Assembly: GCA_973895155.1 (NCBI GenBank)
Contig: OZ316894.1
Coordinates: forward strand, 24,054,709 to 24,118,708
DNA from: Marsupella aquatica
Taxonomy: Eukaryota; Plantae; Marchantiophyta
DNA: 64,000 nt
Reading direction: 5' to 3'
Shown: piece after piece, positions 62,600 through 64,000 of the stretch
How positions within the stretch are numbered: position 1 is the first letter of the stretch
Layout of the letters: every line of letters begins with the position of its first letter
Notes under the pieces: model-generated
What the model saw: the letters and a program-made list of their open reading frames with translations, nothing else
What the model was told of the DNA's origin: nothing
The model's database searches: none
Made by a program: the position numbers and the translations under genes

Positions 62600-62790
62600 A
62601 AGGTAGCCCACCAAGGACCAACTAAGGACCAAAGTAGAGGACCAAGGTAAAGGACCAAGGATCAAAGTAGCTCACCAAGGACCAAGGACCAAGTACCAAG
62701 GTAGCCCACCAAGGACCAAGGACCAAAGTAACCCACCAAGGACCAAAGACCAAAGTAGAGGACCAAGGACCAAGGTCCAATCACCAAAGT
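62600..62790. repeat. Degenerate 7-bp tandem repeat (accaagg / aaggacc)
   Basis: ccaaggaccaaggaccaaagtag-type units repeated over ~190 bp. Confidence 0.85.
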
Positions 62791-63710
62791 CCTCCTAACT
62801 ACCAAACTCACACTACAACAAAAGTCCAACTAACTACCACTCCCACTCAAGCTCCTTCACCTTGTGATTGCCTGGTCTATTCAACCATCTCCTAGCCACC
62901 CTTGTGCTTGACTTATTCCTGCCTTGTGGTAGCCTCGTCAAAGCGTTTTTACACTTAGTCGGATTTTGTTATTTTGGAAAAATTATAATTCCCCAGCCCA
63001 TATTGTACCCACTGCCAAAAATCACCCATAAGGCCAAAAGGACTTTTGAGTAGATCCATAGATTCTCTGGACATAGGGCTATGTCTTGATTTACTAAGAT
63101 CTAAACAAAACCCTATAACAAATTTTCTAAAATTAGGTAAAGAGGGTTAATTCTTATGTTTTCCAAAATTCTTCTCAACTTTGAGATGCTCCCAAAAAGT
63201 AACCAAAGGTAACCAAGTTCTCCCACAAGTTTCCAGGGATAGAGTGGACCATATTTAACCTACTTTGAAACTTGGAACCCCTACCTTTTCCCATCAGCTA
63301 TTTTTCCCAAGACCCGCTATTTGGTAACTTTAAGTTTTGCCAAAATACTTACAACTCCTAGGTTAAGACCCCACTTGACTTTGTGACTTTTATGTGTGGT
63401 CTAGGGACTACCTAGCACCTATAGGGTGAGTCTTAGCAAAACTTATCACTCAAAAGTATCGGTCATGCCTTCAGCCCGACTTGCCTACTACCATAACTTT
63501 TTTCCGCCCTTACCAAATAACTTACTCAACTCTTGATACTTCTTAGAGAAATATGTCCTCTCCCTCAATTTATTTCCCTACTCTACTTCCTTAGTTATTA
63601 AGTTACCCTAGACCTAACAACTCCGCTAATCACTAAAACTATGTAATTACTACTCCTTAAAAGCAAAAAACTGACGCATTTCCTACTCAAGCCTCCACTG
63701 AGCCATTCCA

Positions 63711-64000
63711 CACCCGCGGCTGGCGGCACAAAATACATCCTACCAATGCTAAACCCTCTTCTTCGTGGGTTCCATGCACGGGAGGATGCATCCCACACAA
63801 ACTCATTGGGGAAATTGTTGTAGAAAAGTTGTCTCTCACGTTCATGTAACGTGTTAGCTTTGAACCACCTTGTGAGGGTTGTGTCCCTATGAGATTCTTG
63901 TTGGACCACATCATTGATCTCAGAATCCTCATTGAACATTACTGATTGTTCCCCCTCACAATGCACCTGCAACCTTTGCACCGAAGTAGTACTCTCAGAC
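63711..64000 (-). pseudogene. Helitron RepHel, upstream part; continues beyond the window
   Basis: VQRLQVHCEGEQ.V.F...TTLTRWF.AN...Y..FP.EFVW...W.PR....IGRMYFVPPAAG, which normally directly precedes ERYYLR.LL. Confidence 0.92.

Larger units (their letters stand above)
13998..63710. mobile_element. ~49.7-kb composite insertion in the Helitron RepHel gene (TG...CA ends, 4-bp CACC duplication); outer element class unresolved, possibly LTR-derived
   Basis: Left gttCACC|tgttgtc..., right ...ccattcca|CACCcgcggc. Removal restores GCG GGT GAA CGG (A-G-E-R) in frame. Alternative reading: TGT...ACA ends at 63712 with a 2-bp CC duplication. Confidence 0.85.

Noticed and set aside
13998-63710. Intact LTR retrotransposon with paired LTRs
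   Set aside because: No long direct repeat between the ends could be seen (only weak patches at ~14150 vs ~62515), and no gag-pol or PBS was found.

Overview
Eukaryotic land-plant DNA with GT-AG introns, probably a liverwort or other bryophyte (inference). The first ~11 kb is host sequence: the 3' part of a multi-exon MFS (HIAT1/TetA-like) transporter, a 5'-truncated RLE-type non-LTR fragment and an intronless fasciclin-like arabinogalactan protein gene. The rest is a transposon nest that can largely be reconstructed by hand. A minus-strand Helitron RepHel gene is split at ...PPAAG|ERYYL... by one ~49.7 kb insertion (13998-63710, TG...CA, CACC duplicated). Inside it are: a CACTA-like block (Tnp2 transposase plus a SET-domain exon), a MULE-like transposase divergent from a ParB-like/beta-class methyltransferase-like gene, and a Sola2-like transposase. 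That Sola2-like gene is interrupted by a 665-bp MITE, a 9.4-kb Sola1-like element (carrying an F-box-like ORF and a beta-class amino-methyltransferase) and a full-length L1. Most TE genes have stops or frameshifts. The main unexplained signal is that each module has its own short palindrome repeated in introns and intergenic DNA and not seen in exons (AGCGCNNGGCGCT; CGATAAATTTATCG; AAGGACTATAGTCCTT; GGGG-AT core-CCCC), and the first two co-occur with DNA-methyltransferase-like cargo. This is a candidate TE-encoded self-recognition or epigenetic anti-silencing system. Family names come from motif recognition only; no searches were run.
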